Positions 1 through 15,207 of a stretch of 64,000 nucleotides of DNA are shown here, in pieces; within the stretch, counting starts at the first letter, position 1, and every line of letters starts with the position of its first letter. The translations under genes were made by a program, and so were the position numbers. The stretch is from the human T2T-CHM13v2.0 reference genome, Homo sapiens. Where the stretch lies: the NCBI RefSeq assembly GCF_009914755.1, contig NC_060932.1. The stretch is one strand, 5' to 3'. The notes under the pieces were generated by a model, which made no database searches, had not been told where the DNA came from, and saw nothing but the letters and a program-made list of their open reading frames with translations.

Positions 1-138
1 GACTATATAGCCTAGGTGTATAGTAGGCTAGACAATCTAGGTTTGTGTAAGTACACACTATGGTGTTCACACAAGGATGAAATTGCCTAATAATGCATTT
101 CTCAGAGCAGATCCCCGTTGTTAAGCAACACTTGACTA
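1..138 (+). mobile_element. Tigger3 (GOLEM/MER7) DNA transposon 3' end
   Basis: TAGCCTAGGTGTATAGTAGGCTA...TCTAGGTTTGTGTAAGTACAC...GCATTTCTCAGA...CCCCGTTGTTAAGCAACACTTGACT resembles the Tigger3 right terminus. Confidence 0.8.
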
Positions 139-150
139 TATGTATATTCC

Positions 151-512
151 TGTATTTGTCTGTTCTCACACAGCTAATAAAGACATACCCGAGACTGGGT
201 AATGTATAAAGAAAAGAGGTTTAATGGACTCACAGTTCCACATGGCTGGGGAGGGCTCACAATCACGGTGGAAGGAAAGGGAAAGCAAGACATGCCTTTC
301 ATGGTGGCAGGCAAGAGGGTGTGTGCATGGAAACTCCCCTTTATAAAACTACCAGATCTCCTGAGACTTATTCACTATCCCAAGAACAGCATGGGAAAAA
401 CCCGCCCCCATGATTCAATTACCTCCCACCAGGTACCTCCCACAACACGTAGGAATCATGGGAGCTGCAATTCAAGATGAGATTTGGGTGGGGACACGGC
501 CAAACCGTGTCA
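151..512 (-). mobile_element. THE1 (MaLR) solo LTR
   Basis: AATAAAGACATACCCGAGACTGGGTAA...GAGATTTGGGTGGGGACACGGCCAAACCGTGTCA is a reverse-complement THE1 LTR with TG...CA ends, about 360 bp. Confidence 0.9.
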
Positions 513-667
513 GTACCCTTGTAAGATATAGAATATTCTGTCATGTGTATGTGTGTGTATGCATGTATTTAATGAATAGAATATTACTGTCCTCCAGATC
601 CCATCCTGTTTCTTTTTCATTTCCCAAAGCGCCGTTTCCGTGATCTGCATTACTACACATATGTATT

Positions 668-1090
668 TGTATCTGTCATGGTCCAGGCAGGGAAAAGATG
701 GACACACACATGTTGCATAGTTGGAGAATTAGTGAAAGGTCTATTTACAGAGGTGTGGTCAGGGTTAGGGAAAGCACCCAATGACGGTGAGGTGCCCTGG
801 AGCTAGGAACAGCCATGGGACCTAACCATGTCCTGGTCTGTAAAGGCCAACTCCATTGAGAGAGCCACCTGGAAAGGGCCACCTCACAGGAGCTGTGGGG
901 ATACAGCCATCAGCTGCCCCCAGGGGAGGACCTTGCTCCCTGGCAGGGAGGGAGGGAGGGGTGTAAATACTCTGGTTTCCCTTTCCTGCCACCTTCTGGA
1001 TCTCCTGACGGTGCTTCCCATTGCCCAAACCCAATCAGAAGGCAAGGAGCTAACAAGCGCATGGATGCACACCCTGCAGATGAGCCCCCA
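668..1090 (-). mobile_element. LTR33-like ERVL LTR
   Basis: Reverse-complement similarity to the + strand copy at 52770-53207 (CTATTTACAGAGGTGTGG, CCCATTGCCCAAACCCAATCAGAAG). Confidence 0.65.
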
Positions 1091-1689
1091 GGGACCAGAC
1101 CTGGGCTGAGATAAACAGAGAGCCCATCTAGAGTTGCAAATGGAAGCCATCCAGCACAATATTGCAGGACATAAATCAACCATATTAGGATAAACGTTAA
1201 TGGGGCGGGGGTGGGGGAGTGGAAAGGGAGTGGGAACTTGGAATGTAAAAGAGCATAGAAAACAAGAAGCTGTTTGCACGAATGTTGAGGATAATCGTGT
1301 CTTAAATGGAGGAGTCTAATTAACTCAGCTCTCAACTCTGAGGTCGAAAAGAGAAAGCAAATCTGATGTTTGCTAGAAAGGCAGCAACCATACTAAAGAA
1401 GTCTTTGCAAAACATCTTTTCCCCCCATACTGTTTGTGTTGCAATTCAGACCTTCCCATCTGAACCCCGGGCTGGAGAGAGAATTGAGTCCTTGTGTGAA
1501 AGAATGGGTTGGCCACAGGAAGGGGCCCAGGGTGAGCTCCGTTAGATGAAAAACAAAAGCAGAAATGTGTGTGTGGGCAGGAGAGTGGGTCTCAGGAGTG
1601 TATTTAAAAATTTGTATTTATCAAGAAAGAGGAAGAGAAGGCATGTAGGCAATTAGGAAGGGATGATGCTTTTCTTATAAAAAAGAAGG

Positions 1690-1690
1690 G

Positions 1691-1718
<28 letters not shown>
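1690..1718. repeat. (GT)n microsatellite
   Basis: Visible GT run of about 14 units. Confidence 0.95.
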
Positions 1719-1721
<3 letters not shown>

Positions 1722-1798
1722 CATATGCAAAGAAAAATGTCTGACAGGCAAAACGTCAAAATATGAATGGTTTTGGATTATGAAGAGTTGTGTTTATT

Positions 1799-1902
1799 TA
1801 TTTTATCTGCTTTCCTGCATTTTCTACTTTTTATAAAGTAAACCTGTTATTATATATTTTATCTGCTTTCCTGTATTTCCTACTTTTTATAAAGTAAACC
1901 TG
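1799..1902. repeat. Tandem duplication, period 56 bp, 2 copies
   Basis: TATTTTATCTGCTTTCCTG(C/T)ATTT(T/C)CTACTTTTTATAAAGTAAACCTG occurs twice; ATCTGC starts at 1805 and 1861. Confidence 0.95.
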
Positions 1903-2264
1903 AGTTATTTATGCAATAAGAAAGGATTTAAGCAAAAAAGGTAGTAATATCTATGCAAAACACTCATAGCCAAGAAGACCGATGTTGTCTTACAGCTGTG
2001 CCACATTTCTTCCCTCTGCTCACCTTTTCCTCCTCATCTCTCCTCCCTCTTCTGCCTCCAGGTTCTGTACATGACTTATTAGCTCACAGTGAGTTGATTG
2101 ACTGAGTCATTTGCAGTGGAAAGTCACAGACATGACTTGGGCTCAGCTGAAAACAAGAGGGTCATCAAAATGATTTCATTATAACTGCCACTTGGGAACA
2201 TTCTCTACTTTCCACCAAGAGGCTGAATGGGGGTTAAAAAGTAATCCTTCCTGGAATTTGGTAC

Positions 2265-3149
2265 TTATATCAGTTTCTCAGGGCTGCCATAACAAATTAC
2301 CACAAACTGAGTGGCTTGAAACAACAAATATTTATTGTCTCAGAGTTCAGGAGTCAGAAATCAAGACGTTGTCAGAGTTCGCTTCTTCTGGAGGTGCTGA
2401 GGAAGGATCTGTTCCATGCCATTCTCCCAGCTTCTGGTGGCTGTGGCCAATTCTTGTCATCCTTGGCTTGTAGCTGCATCACTCTAACCCAGGAGTCCCC
2501 AACCTCTGGCCACAGAAGGCCTATGGCCTGTTAGGAATCAGGCCACACAGTAGGAGGTGAGGGCTGGTGAGTGAGCATTACCAGTTGAGCTCTGCCTCCT
2601 GTCAGATCAGTAGCAGCATAAGATCCTCATAGGAGCTCAAATCCTATTGTGAACTGCATATGTGAAGGACTAGTTGTGCGCTTCTTATGAGAATCTAATG
2701 CCTGATGATCTGTCACTCTCTCCCATCATCCCCAGATGGGACCATCTAGTTGCAGGAAAGAAAACAAGCTCAGGGCTCCCACTACTTCTACATTATGGTG
2801 AGTTGTATAATTATTTTACTATATATTATTACATTATTATTTCTGGTCTGTGGAAAAATTGTCTGCCATGAAACTGGTCCCTGGTGATGAAAAGATAGGG
2901 CACTGCTGCCCTAACCTCTGTCCCTCTGTGTCATATGGCTTTCTTCCCTGTGTGTCTGTGTGCCTCCAAACCTCCCTCTCTGTATAAGGACACTAGTCAT
3001 TGGATTTAGGGCCCATTCCAATCCAGTATGGCCTTATTTAATTTGAGTACATCTGCAAAGGCCATATTCTCAAATAAAGTCATATTTGTAGGTAATGAGG
3101 AGTAGGGCTTTGACATCTCTCACCGGGGGACACAACTCAACCCACAACA
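2265..3149 (-). mobile_element. MLT1C-like MaLR LTR, split by MER1A
   Basis: GGGCTGCCATAACAAATTACCACAAACTGAGTGGCTTGAAACAAC at the left and GGACACAACTCAACCCACAACA at the right. Confidence 0.85.
2490..2908 (+). mobile_element. MER1A (hAT-Charlie) non-autonomous DNA transposon
   Basis: Termini CAGGAGTCCCCAACC...GGGCACTGCTG, internal GATGGGACCATCTAGTTGCAGGAAA, and an 8-bp TSD CTCTAACC/CCCTAACC. Confidence 0.9.
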
Positions 3150-3239
3150 GTGCTATTTGCTAAAAACTTAGAATTTTTTAACATTAACATAGAGAAAATA
3201 CATACTTAGGAATATTTATGAAATAATCATTAATATTTT

Positions 3240-3910
3240 AAAAATTCTTATTGAAGTATAACATAACACAAGGAAGTACAAACTCGTAAGCATTTATCTC
3301 CATGAATTGTCACAAAGTGACACAGCCATGTCGTCAGCACCTGAACCGAGAATCAGAACATTACCTTTCCTGCAGAGGCCTTCCTCTGTCCCTTCCCTGG
3401 TCCTTACCCTTAACATCATAGGTGTGGTTTGTCTACTACTGAGCTTTGTACGTATGGAATAATACAGAATCCACCTTTTGTGGCTGGTTTCTTTTGCTCA
3501 ACATTATGTTTTTGAGATTCATTCATGTTGTGTGGAGCTATAGTTTGTTTACTTTTAATTACCATGTGGATTTCATTCTATGACTATTCCACCATTACTC
3601 TACTGTTGATGGATATTTGGGTTGTTTCTGTTTTGTTTTTTGCAACTACAAATAGTGCTGCTGTTAATATTTTTGTACACATCTTTTGATGGATATATTT
3701 ACATACCTCTGTTGAGTATATATCCAGGAGTAGAACTGTTGAATCACAGGGTAAGTGTATGCTCAGCTGTAGTAGATATTGCCAAAGAGTTTTTCAGAGT
3801 AGTTGTATCAATTTATACTTTCACCACCAGTGCACAAGTGTTCCAGTTGCTCTATATCATCAGCAATCCTTTGTAATGTCTTCTTTAGTATAACCATTCT
3901 AGTGGATGGA
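3240..3910 (-). mobile_element. Old L1M (L1MC/L1ME-type) 3' fragment
   Basis: TTTTGCTCAACATTATGTTTTTGAGATTCATTCATGTTG and GTTGATGGATATTTGGGTTGTTTC are typical antisense L1M 3' motifs. Confidence 0.75.
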
Positions 3911-4425
3911 TATCTTTGCAAACAAGGTATTCAATTCACCATTGTTCATAACAGCAAACAAAATGAAACAATCCTGGAAGTGTTTAATGACATGAAAAGA
4001 TGCTTATGACATACTAAGTTAAAATAAATGTATAAAACTCTATAAACCCATTTAAAAAAAAAGCAACAGAAAGAAATCTATACATCGCTCTCTTCTTTAC
4101 CTTCTATCTGTATATATCCTTAGCATGCTCTGTTTCCTCTGCTTGAAATGCTTCTCCCCCAATTATTTTCATAGATGCTCATTCCTATATTTCAGGTCTG
4201 GTGTATCATATACCTGTTGACCATTTGTATGTCTTCTTTTGAGAAATGTCTATTCAGATGTTTTACCCATTTTTAGATCTGATTATTTGGGGTTTTTGCT
4301 ATTGAGTTGTTTGAACTCCTTATATATTCTGATTGTTAATCCTTTGTCAGATGGGTGGTGTGCAAATATTTTCTCCCATTCTGTAGGTCATCTCTTAACT
4401 TTGTTTTGCTGTGCAGAAGGTTTTA

Positions 4426-4800
<375 letters not shown>

Positions 4801-6367
4801 AAAAATCTGAGACCAATGTCCTGGAGCATTTCTTCACTATTTTCTTCTAGTAGTTTTATAGTTTCAGGTATTAGACTGAAGTCTTTAATCCATTTTGATT
4901 TTATTTTTGTATATGATGAGAGACGGGGGTCTAGCATCATTCTTCTGCATATGGATATCCAGTCTTCTCAGCAACTTTTATTGAAGAGACTGTCCTTTCC
5001 CCATTATATGTCTTTGACACCTTTATTGAAGATGAATTGGCTGTAAATGCATGTATTTATATCTGGGTTCTCTATTCTGTTCCATTGGTCTATATGTCTG
5101 TTTTTATGCCAGTACCATGCTGATTTGGTTACTATAGCTTTGTAGTAAACTTTGAAGTCAGGTAGTGTGATGCCCCCACTTTGTTCATTTTGCTCAGGAT
5201 TGCTTTGGCTATTCAGAGTCTTTTGTGGTTCCATATAAATTTTAGTATTTTTTTCTATTTCTGTGACAACTGTCATTGGTATTTTGATATGGATTGCATT
5301 GAATCTGTAAATTGCTTTGTGTAATATTGTCATTTTAACGATATTAATTCTTCCAATCCATGAGCATGGAATATCTTTCCATTTTTTTGTATTCTCTTCA
5401 ATTTCTTTAATCAGCATTTTATAGTTTTCTTTGTATAGATCTTTCACTTTTTTGGTTACATTGATTCCTACATATTTTATATTCTTTGTAGCTATTGTAA
5501 ATGGAATTGATTTCTTTTTCAGATTGTTCACTGTTTATGTATATAAGTGCTACTGATTTTTGTATGTTGATTTTGTATTCTACAACTTTACTGAATTTGC
5601 TTATCAGTTCTAACAATTTTTTGGTGGAGTCTTTAGATTTTTCTAAGTATGAGATCATGTCATCTATAAACAAGGCTAATTTGACTTATTTCTTTCCAAT
5701 TTGGATGCCCTCTATTTCTTTCTTTTGCCTAATTGCTTTGACCAGGACTTCTAGGACTATATTGAATAAAAGTGGTGAAAGTGTACATCCTTGTCTTGTT
5801 CTAGATCTTAGAGGACAAGTCTTTAATTTTTCCCTTTTCAGTGTGATGTTAGCTGTGGATTTGTTGTATATGGCCTTTATTATTTTGAGATATGTTCCTT
5901 CTATACTCAGTTTGATGATCGTTTTTACCATAAAGGGATGTTGAATTTTATCAAATGCTTTTTTGGCATCTATTGAAATAATCATATGGTTTTTGTTCTT
6001 GGTTCTGTTTTATGTGTTGCATCACATTTATTGATTTATGTATGTTGAATCATCCTTGAATCCCTGGGATAAATCTCACTTGCTCATGGTGAATGATCTT
6101 TTTAATATGTTGTTGAATTTGGTCTGCTAGTATTTCATCGAGAATTTTTGCATCTATGTTCATCAATAATAATGGCCTGTATTTTTCTTTTTTTGTTGTG
6201 CCTTTATTTGGTTTTGGTATCAGGGAGATGCTGGCCTTATAGGATGAGTTTAGAAGTATTCTTTCCTTTTCAATTTTTTTGAAGCATTTGAATAGAATTG
6301 GTATTAGTTCTTTAAATGTAAGGTTGAATTCAGTAGTGAAGCCATCAGATCCTGGGCTTTTCTTTGA

Positions 6368-6704
<337 letters not shown>

Positions 6705-6812
6705 TTTCTATTTCTTCATGGTTCAATCTTGGTATGTTGTATGCATGTCCAGGAATTTATCCATTTCTTCTAGGTTTTCCAATTTTTTGGTGTATAGTGG
6801 TTTATTTTTTAA

Positions 6813-7079
<267 letters not shown>

Positions 7080-7829
7080 TGGTGGTTTATAATAGTCTCT
7101 AATAATTCTTTGTATTTCTATGGTCTCAGTTGTAAAATAATATATATAGCTTTAGGCGTACCCCTTAAGCTCTTATTGTTTCTCTCATCTGTTAAATCGG
7201 AAAATTGCAAAATAAGGAGAACAATATTAGCCTAACAATGTTATTGTGAAGATAGAATGAAATACCGAATGTGAAAGTACAGTGCTTTGAAAACTGTGGC
7301 TCACCATACAAACGTGAGTTAGGGTTCTTGTGAGCAGATGACAGAGAATCCACCAGACTCCAGCTCTCTGAGACACCTGGCACATTGTCCCCTGAAATTT
7401 TACTTGCAAAATCAATTCAAATTGGCTTCAATACAGACTCTTCCTCATGAACTGAAAGTCAGCCAAAAGACACTGAACAAAGAGCCGCAGTGATTATTAC
7501 CATCTCAAACAACAAGCCGTGTTTACCAGAGATGCTGGCTTTAGGATCAACCTTCTTGAAGGAGGTCTTTATGTATTGATTGCAAAGTTTTACCAGGCAG
7601 AATATTAATAACATTTCCCAGGGAAATGAAATTGAAGGGCTTTGCCAACATCCATTACAACCAGAAATTTACAAATGGACTTAAAGGGCTGAAGTCTGTT
7701 AATCTGATTTCCCCTTCCAGTCCTACCTGCGGGGAGGCTGCACAGTCAGAGGTGGGCGGTGGAGGTCTGCACAGACATTTGGTAGCTTTTACTCTCTGAG
7801 CGGGCATCACCTTCATGCTCATCATCACC

Positions 7830-8080
7830 ATTATCAGAGCAGCATCAATTTATTCAAATCTAGGTACTTCCTTTGGGCTAGATGCTTTACAGATAGTATC
7901 TGGTTTACTTTTCATCACTATCCCAATGACACAGGGTCATTTTACAAAAAATAGAAATGAAGTCTCAGAGCAGTTATGTCTTGCCCATGTGCCTACAGCT
8001 GGGAAATGGCAGAGTAGGGATTTATGCTCAGGGCTTTGTGTTCCAAAGCCTGAACGCCTAACCACTCATCTATACCACCT
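7830..8080 (-). mobile_element. MIR
   Basis: CATTTTACAAAAAATAGAAATGAAGTCTCAGAGCAGTTATGTCTTGCCCA matches the MIR core. Confidence 0.7.
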
Positions 8081-8216
8081 CCCGGGGGAGGTTGGTTGAG
8101 CTCCTTAAGGCTGCAAGGGGCAGATATCTGCAGGCAATGTTCAGTTACAGCAGTTGTTGCAACACTGCCTCTTGGCTGACTCTTCTGAGGGGGATAGTGA
8201 TTCCGAGTCCTCTGGC

Positions 8217-8218
<2 letters not shown>

Positions 8219-8261
<43 letters not shown>

Positions 8262-8292
8262 CACACACACACACGCACACACATGCACACAC
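8219..8292. repeat. (CA)n microsatellite, interrupted
   Basis: Visible CA run. Confidence 0.95.
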
Positions 8293-8674
8293 CTCATTGT
8301 TTAAGACCTGGCTTGGCCTTGTTGGGTCTACAGCTTGAGCTTGAGCATCCTTTTTCCTGCACAAGCACCCAAAACTCCTGCTTCCCAAAGTAATGTCCCA
8401 ACTGAGGGCTTGGTGGCCATCCAGTGCGGAGCATTTGATTGGGCAGAGAGTATTCCCTAGCAAGTCATAGAATCACCTAGCACAACACTCTTGGGGCCAT
8501 TTCTTGAGAGGAAGTCTCCGAATGAAGCTGGCACTTAGAACTTTATGGCCCTCTCTCCAGTACAGAATCCTGGAACCAAAACCTTCAGACAGACCTGTAT
8601 TCAAATGGTGCCTCTGTCACTTACAACCATGTGATCTTGGGCAATGGTGACAAGACTATCACCATTTTTCAGGT

Positions 8675-8992
8675 ACCCATGCAGTTTTTCAACTCTTGCC
8701 CCTCTTTTTCCCCAACCACACCCTGGCTCTTGTATTTCCAGTGTCTATTGTTCCAATCTTTGTGTCCATGTGTACTCGATGTTTAGCTCCCACTTATAAG
8801 TGAGAACATGCAGTATTTGTTCCTGTATTAGTTCACTTAGGATAATGGCCTCCATCTGCATCCATGTTGCTGCAAAGGACGTGATTTCATTCTTTTCACG
8901 GCTGCATAGTATTCCATGGTGTATATGTACCATATTTTCTTTATCCAATCCACTGCTGATGGGCACCTGGGTTGATTCCATGCCTTAGCTAC
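8675..8992 (-). mobile_element. L1PB/L1MA 3' fragment
   Basis: GCTCCCACTTATAAGTGAGAACATGCAG...CCATGTTGCTGCAAAGGAC; the ORF reads SFAATWMQMEAIILSE (ORF2 C-terminus). Confidence 0.85.
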
Positions 8993-9214
8993 TGGAAATG
9001 AGCTCCATACTTTTAATACATAGTCCTAATTATAATCCTAACCATATTTTTTTGTGATTATTTAGTATTTGTCTTCTCCCACCATCCCATAAGCCCACCG
9101 AGGGAAAAGTAAGTTTATTTGGTTCACTGCTGTGTTCTCTGCACATACAACCATATCTAGAACATGGGAAATGCTCAATAATTGCTCACTAGAGTGAATT
9201 ACTGAAAAAAGGGA

Positions 9215-9600
9215 GTCTGAGGTCAGGTTTTCTAGAAGTAGAGCCTAATATGGGCACCTTTGCACAAGAAACTTATCAAAGAAGGGCTTTCAGAAGAAAG
9301 AGAGTGAGAGCAAGTCCTAAGGAAGGATGTGGTCTCAGTCAGAGGCCAGTCTCAGCCAGACCCCCAGGGGGCTCTGGGGTGGGGATTCTCCACAGGCTCG
9401 CTGCCTCCTTGAGGCCCCTCTGTTACTCATTGGCTCCAAGTGGTTGGGACGGACGGGAGTGTGTAACCTCCCAGGAGGATGTCTCCTGATGACTGAGGGC
9501 AATTCTCCAGAGAAAGGGGCAGCTGTGAGCATCATTCACAGCATTCAGGCATGGGTGCACCCATCTGCACAGGAGATCTGGATGGGGCACCAACAGCATG
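9215..9600. mobile_element. Ancient LTR-type repeat, subfamily uncertain
   Basis: Diffuse similarity to 16495-16880 in the same motif order; the class is assigned from recall only. Confidence 0.4.
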
Positions 9601-11265
9601 CATGACAAATAGAGACATACTTGGTGTGCATGAGTTATAACCAGACACTGCCAATGCCCCTTCCATTGGAAAGTTCTGTGATCTTAGGATGTCTATAGGA
9701 AACAAGTCCAAGAAGGAGCACAATTCTTTCATCTTGTGGGATTTTTATTAGACAACACAGAAGCTGGAAAGTTAATAGCCCGCATCTCTGAGTAGCCTGG
9801 GCCTTGGCATGTCTTCTCAAGCCTGAAGTGCCTGCTGGTGTGGCCTTAGCACCCTGGGGGCCCCCAAACAGCAGATTCCACCCTCCAGGTTCCCTCTTCT
9901 CTGGAAGAAAGATAGCCCTCTCACTCTCTTTCTCTCCCTGTCCCACAGGTGCCTCTCTCAGTGGTGGCCTGGCAGCCTCCACCAAAGAATGTCACTGGCC
10001 TGAGGCCCGGCCTCAGACAAAAGCCCTTTGGAGCTAAGCCTACATCCTCTGTCTGACAGGACCCTGCCCGCCTCCCTCACCACCAACTAGGGAGGGCAGC
10101 TAAATTCATCCTCCTCGAAAGGATGGATTCCACAGAGCAAGGCCGCCTCCCTACTCAGGAAGTAAAACCACTCCGAACCCTTGATCTCTGCCCTTGGCTC
10201 CTGGACAAATAACTGACTGTCCTCACACAGAGGGCCCCGTAGCCCCGAGAGCAGAGGCAGAGAGGCCTGCAGACACGTGTGCACTGGGGGCTGCAAGGAG
10301 GGAGCCCAATGCCAAAAACAAAACACAAAGCCCTGAGTCCCAAACAAATCTTCACACCCAACTCAACTCTGATCAGGGCTGGGAATGAAACTGACTCGAG
10401 TTTGAATTCCTGGCTCTGCTATTTACTAACAGTGCACCCCCACGCCAGTCATTCCCTGAAACTCAGTTTTCACAATTTTCAAATAGAGAGAATAGTATTT
10501 ACTCTATAATTACATGTTTTGAGGGTTAAATGAGATAACATAAAATCTTGGTACAAAGGCTGGTACTTTTTCAGCAAACCAGTCTTCTAATACCATCCTA
10601 TTCCTTTGAGCACCTAAAGCCCCTTGATGGGAGATCCAACATTTAACCTGCTTGGAATCTTGCAGATGTGTCCAAATGCCCTCCTTACTCAAGCTCACTG
10701 ATGCTGTTCTTTCTTACCCTGCCTCCTCAGGCCAAGTCTCAACCTCTTTGTGATTCTACCTGTTCCTTCTGGAGCTCTGCATGGCTGGCTTCTGGAAGGC
10801 CATCAGCTGTGATCTCACCTGGACCCAAAACTACAGCTCCCACTCACTGCCCATCATATGAGCCACTGAAAGTCCTGGCGTGGTGTTGGAGGAGCTGTTT
10901 CCTGATTGCAGAGTATCTAGAATGGAAGGCCTGTCGTGATGGGATTTTGTTGGCAGGTTGTCTTCCAGATGGCTATGAAGACAATTTTGCTTTATGCTGC
11001 CCAATTCTGGTTGCTTCCTCTCCTAGGAAATGAGAGCCTTCATGGTGGACATGGCCTTAAAGACCAACACTGTTGTTTTATGGCTAAAAAGATGGACATA
11101 CAGATCGGTGAAATGCCTACAAAACTAGAATGCTACCCAGGCCCAGAGGCAGCTGTCTGAACATAACCATGGAGAGGAGAGTTTCCCCTTCCTGGAGCAC
11201 CCTCTTCCCTTCCCTTCCCAGCACCCTCCTTCCCTGCTTCTCCATCTGTTGTCACCTTTCCCCTC

Positions 11266-12020
<755 letters not shown>

Positions 12021-12329
12021 CTGCACCCTCTTGTCTTGTGCTCTCCTCCATCCCTCCCTTGGTGGAAGAAGAATAGACTCCTAAGACACACGAATTTACA
12101 CAAACACATTAGGATCAAGGGCCCACAGCTTCAGTATTTGCATTTTATAGGATGACTTCCACTAAAGGTAACGAAGTGGAAGCAGGACTGGAAATTCTCA
12201 CAAATGGAGGCCTAGTTACAGCTCTGCAAATCACCCTTACAAAAAAATGTATCATCACCTCCATTTGATAGATGCAAAAGCCAGGGCTCAAAGAGGCATG
12301 AGCAAAGGGGGCAGGGTTGTGTGGTGGCT

Positions 12330-12490
12330 AAGAGTGTAGCCTGTGGCCCCATGGTCAGCCTGTGTCCAGATCCTGGGTACTCTACTTCATAACTGGCCAT
12401 ATGAACTTAGGCAAGTCAATTTAACTTCTCTGGGCCTTGGTTGCCTCATCTGTAGAATGAGGATAATAATAATAAAATCTATCTCTAAGA
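12330..12490 (+). mobile_element. MIR
   Basis: GGCAAGTCAATTTAACTTCTCTGGGCCTTGGTTGCCTCATCTGTAGAATGAGGATAATAAT. Confidence 0.8.
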
Positions 12491-12532
12491 TAGATGGGAG
12501 GTAAAACCTATCTCTAAGATAGATGGGTACCA

Positions 12533-12660
12533 TGGGTACCATGCTCACTACCTGAATGAAAGGATTAATGGTACCCCCAAACCTCAGTATCACACAATAT
12601 ACCATTATAACAAACCTGCACCTATACCCCCAAATCTAAAATAAAAACTGAAAAGAAGTT
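12533..12660 (+). mobile_element. L1PB-like extreme 3' end
   Basis: GGGTACCATGCTCACTACCTG...CCAAACCTCAGTATCACACAATATACC...AACAAACCTGCAC...TCTAAAATAAAA. Confidence 0.8.
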
Positions 12661-13484
12661 TTAAAAAAGTAAAAACAGAAAAAAATGGAGCTATGTGTAT
12701 TACTGGAAGGTTCTGGTAATTTACCTATTGTGGCTCAGCTACACATCTCTTTGCTCTTTCAACCCTGCAATACTTCTGTAACCACCCCCCTGTATTAAAT
12801 TCCTTCTGGCTGAAATACCTAGTGTAGTTTCTATAGTCCTGCCTGGAGCCTGACCCATCCATGGGGTACTCAACCTGGACCAGCAAGTCAGCAAAGGCAT
12901 CTCTGAAGAAATATATTTAAGAGCTCAGACCTGAAGGATCAGTAAGAGTTATTCAGGGGATATAACTCTGTCTGTTTGGAAGACAGGAAATAAAGGAACT
13001 TATAAATACAGTCTCTGAAGCAGAAACAGAGAAGTCCTATATGGCAAAAGTAAGTGCTCTAGAAGAATGGAGGGGGGTAAGTAAGGGTCAATCATGCAGG
13101 GCCTTGGAAAGACACAAAGCATTAAAGAATACTAGGTTGGAGAATGACACAAATAACTGTATTATAATAAGGATAAGAGGCAGTTATCTTCCCAAGTCTA
13201 TAAAATCTTTCTGGGGTTGAACTGTTCTCATCGTATGTGGCAGTTCACTCCACGGCTGGAATTCTTTCTATCAGAAGGAGTGTAAACCCAGAGACAGTTA
13301 TCGAACATGGGGTTTTTGTGTAAATAACAATAACAAAAAAAGGTGCTTTTTCAAGGTAGATGTAACCCCACTGCATGGTTTGGCTAAAGGAAAGCATCTT
13401 TCTAAAAAGAATAAATTATGCTTCCTTCTGGCAAAAGCAGCCCAAATGTCTCTGTGCAATGCATAAAATGCACAGCCACAGTGG

Positions 13485-13690
13485 CAGCCTTTGGAGTCAG
13501 GCAGACTCGAATTTAAATGTCATCTCTACTTGCCATCTTGAGCATTCACCCTAACGTCTTCAAGTTTCTATTGCCTCATCTGAAAATTGAGGCCTAACAA
13601 TGTGTGTCTTATACAGCTCTGGCAAGAGTTAAATTAGGTGATACTTGCAAAACATCCAGTTCAGTTCCTGGTGCCTAATAGGTTTTTAAA
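13485..13690 (+). mobile_element. MIR
   Basis: CTTTGGAGTCAGGCAGACTCGAATTTAAAT...CCTCATCTGAAAATTG. Confidence 0.7.
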
Positions 13691-14875
13691 AGTGATCACT
13701 TTAATTGCCAGCAAGTCTTGTTATTTTGAGTCAAAATCAACCTCCTTGTAACTTCCACTTCAGTAGAGTTGCCCTCAAATTACTTGATTTCCTCTTCCAC
13801 ATGAGAATATTTCTGCCATTTGAAAATAGCTCTCATACCCTTTCTTTGGGATGATTTTATGCTCTTGTTGGTGCCCGGATCAATTCTTAAGCTGTCCTCC
13901 CCATCCTGCCCACCAAAGCTCAAGCCTCAACTTTTCTCCTAGCCAGGTCCTCTTTTTGATTCACCAACAATCAAACTAATTGGCTCTCTGGGTTTGTTAC
14001 ATTGACTACACTGGTTTCAAATGTTAATATTTATTATCTTATCTCTTTGATGGTTTTCTTGACATGGCAGGTGCTTCAGATGGAAGTTCGATGTGGCTGT
14101 CAGGTTTGAAAGAGCATGTGTTTCCAAGAGTTGGCTTGAACAGGGACACAGAAAGCAAATTTCCATGTTGTGTCATATTCTGTCATCCTGTGATTACTCA
14201 CCAGGGCCTCTTCCCTTCTCCACCTCCTCTGGAACCACATAACACATGAAGAGAGAAATGGACAGTGACTTAGATCATAAACAGCATTCTCTAGCTCCTG
14301 GCTGGGCTTAGCAATGGAAGTTAGTTGCCAACCATTTGTTGAATTTGCATATTTTGGGATGTACAGCCCATGACCCTCCTGGTCATTGCCGATTCAGGTC
14401 ATCCTTTTGCTTACTCATTCATTTATTCATTCAACATTTACCTATTTTGTGCCAATCCTGTGCTGAGCACTATGCATGTATGATCTTGTGCTCTCTGAAC
14501 ATCCATGAGGCGGGTGCTATTACTGTCTCCATTGCCATAAATGAGTGATTAGGGGTATAGCTTACTTAAATATCTTGTCTGTTTTTGCACAAGCAGAGTC
14601 GAGATTCAAAACCAAAGGTCTGACTTCCAAACCAGTGTTTTTAACCACAATGCCACATGGCTCTTCTTTTTCTGCAGAAGAGTGTGTATTGGAGAGTGGT
14701 TCCCACCTGTTTGTTTCTTCTTTCCCACCAGTAATTTTTATGTGTGCTTGGCGGTAGAGAAGATTAAGTGTGAAGTGGACGTAGGTAGATGGTAAGAAAC
14801 TTGCCTGCAGTCACACAGCTATGAAGAGCCAAGGCTCAGCCCAGGGTGGAGCTCATTATAAAGAACCTAAAGCCT

Positions 14876-15207
<332 letters not shown>

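Noticed and set aside
1202-1234. G-quadruplex/GC-box as a promoter
   Set aside because: Isolated, with no CpG island, and one loop is 8 nt; such motifs are common.
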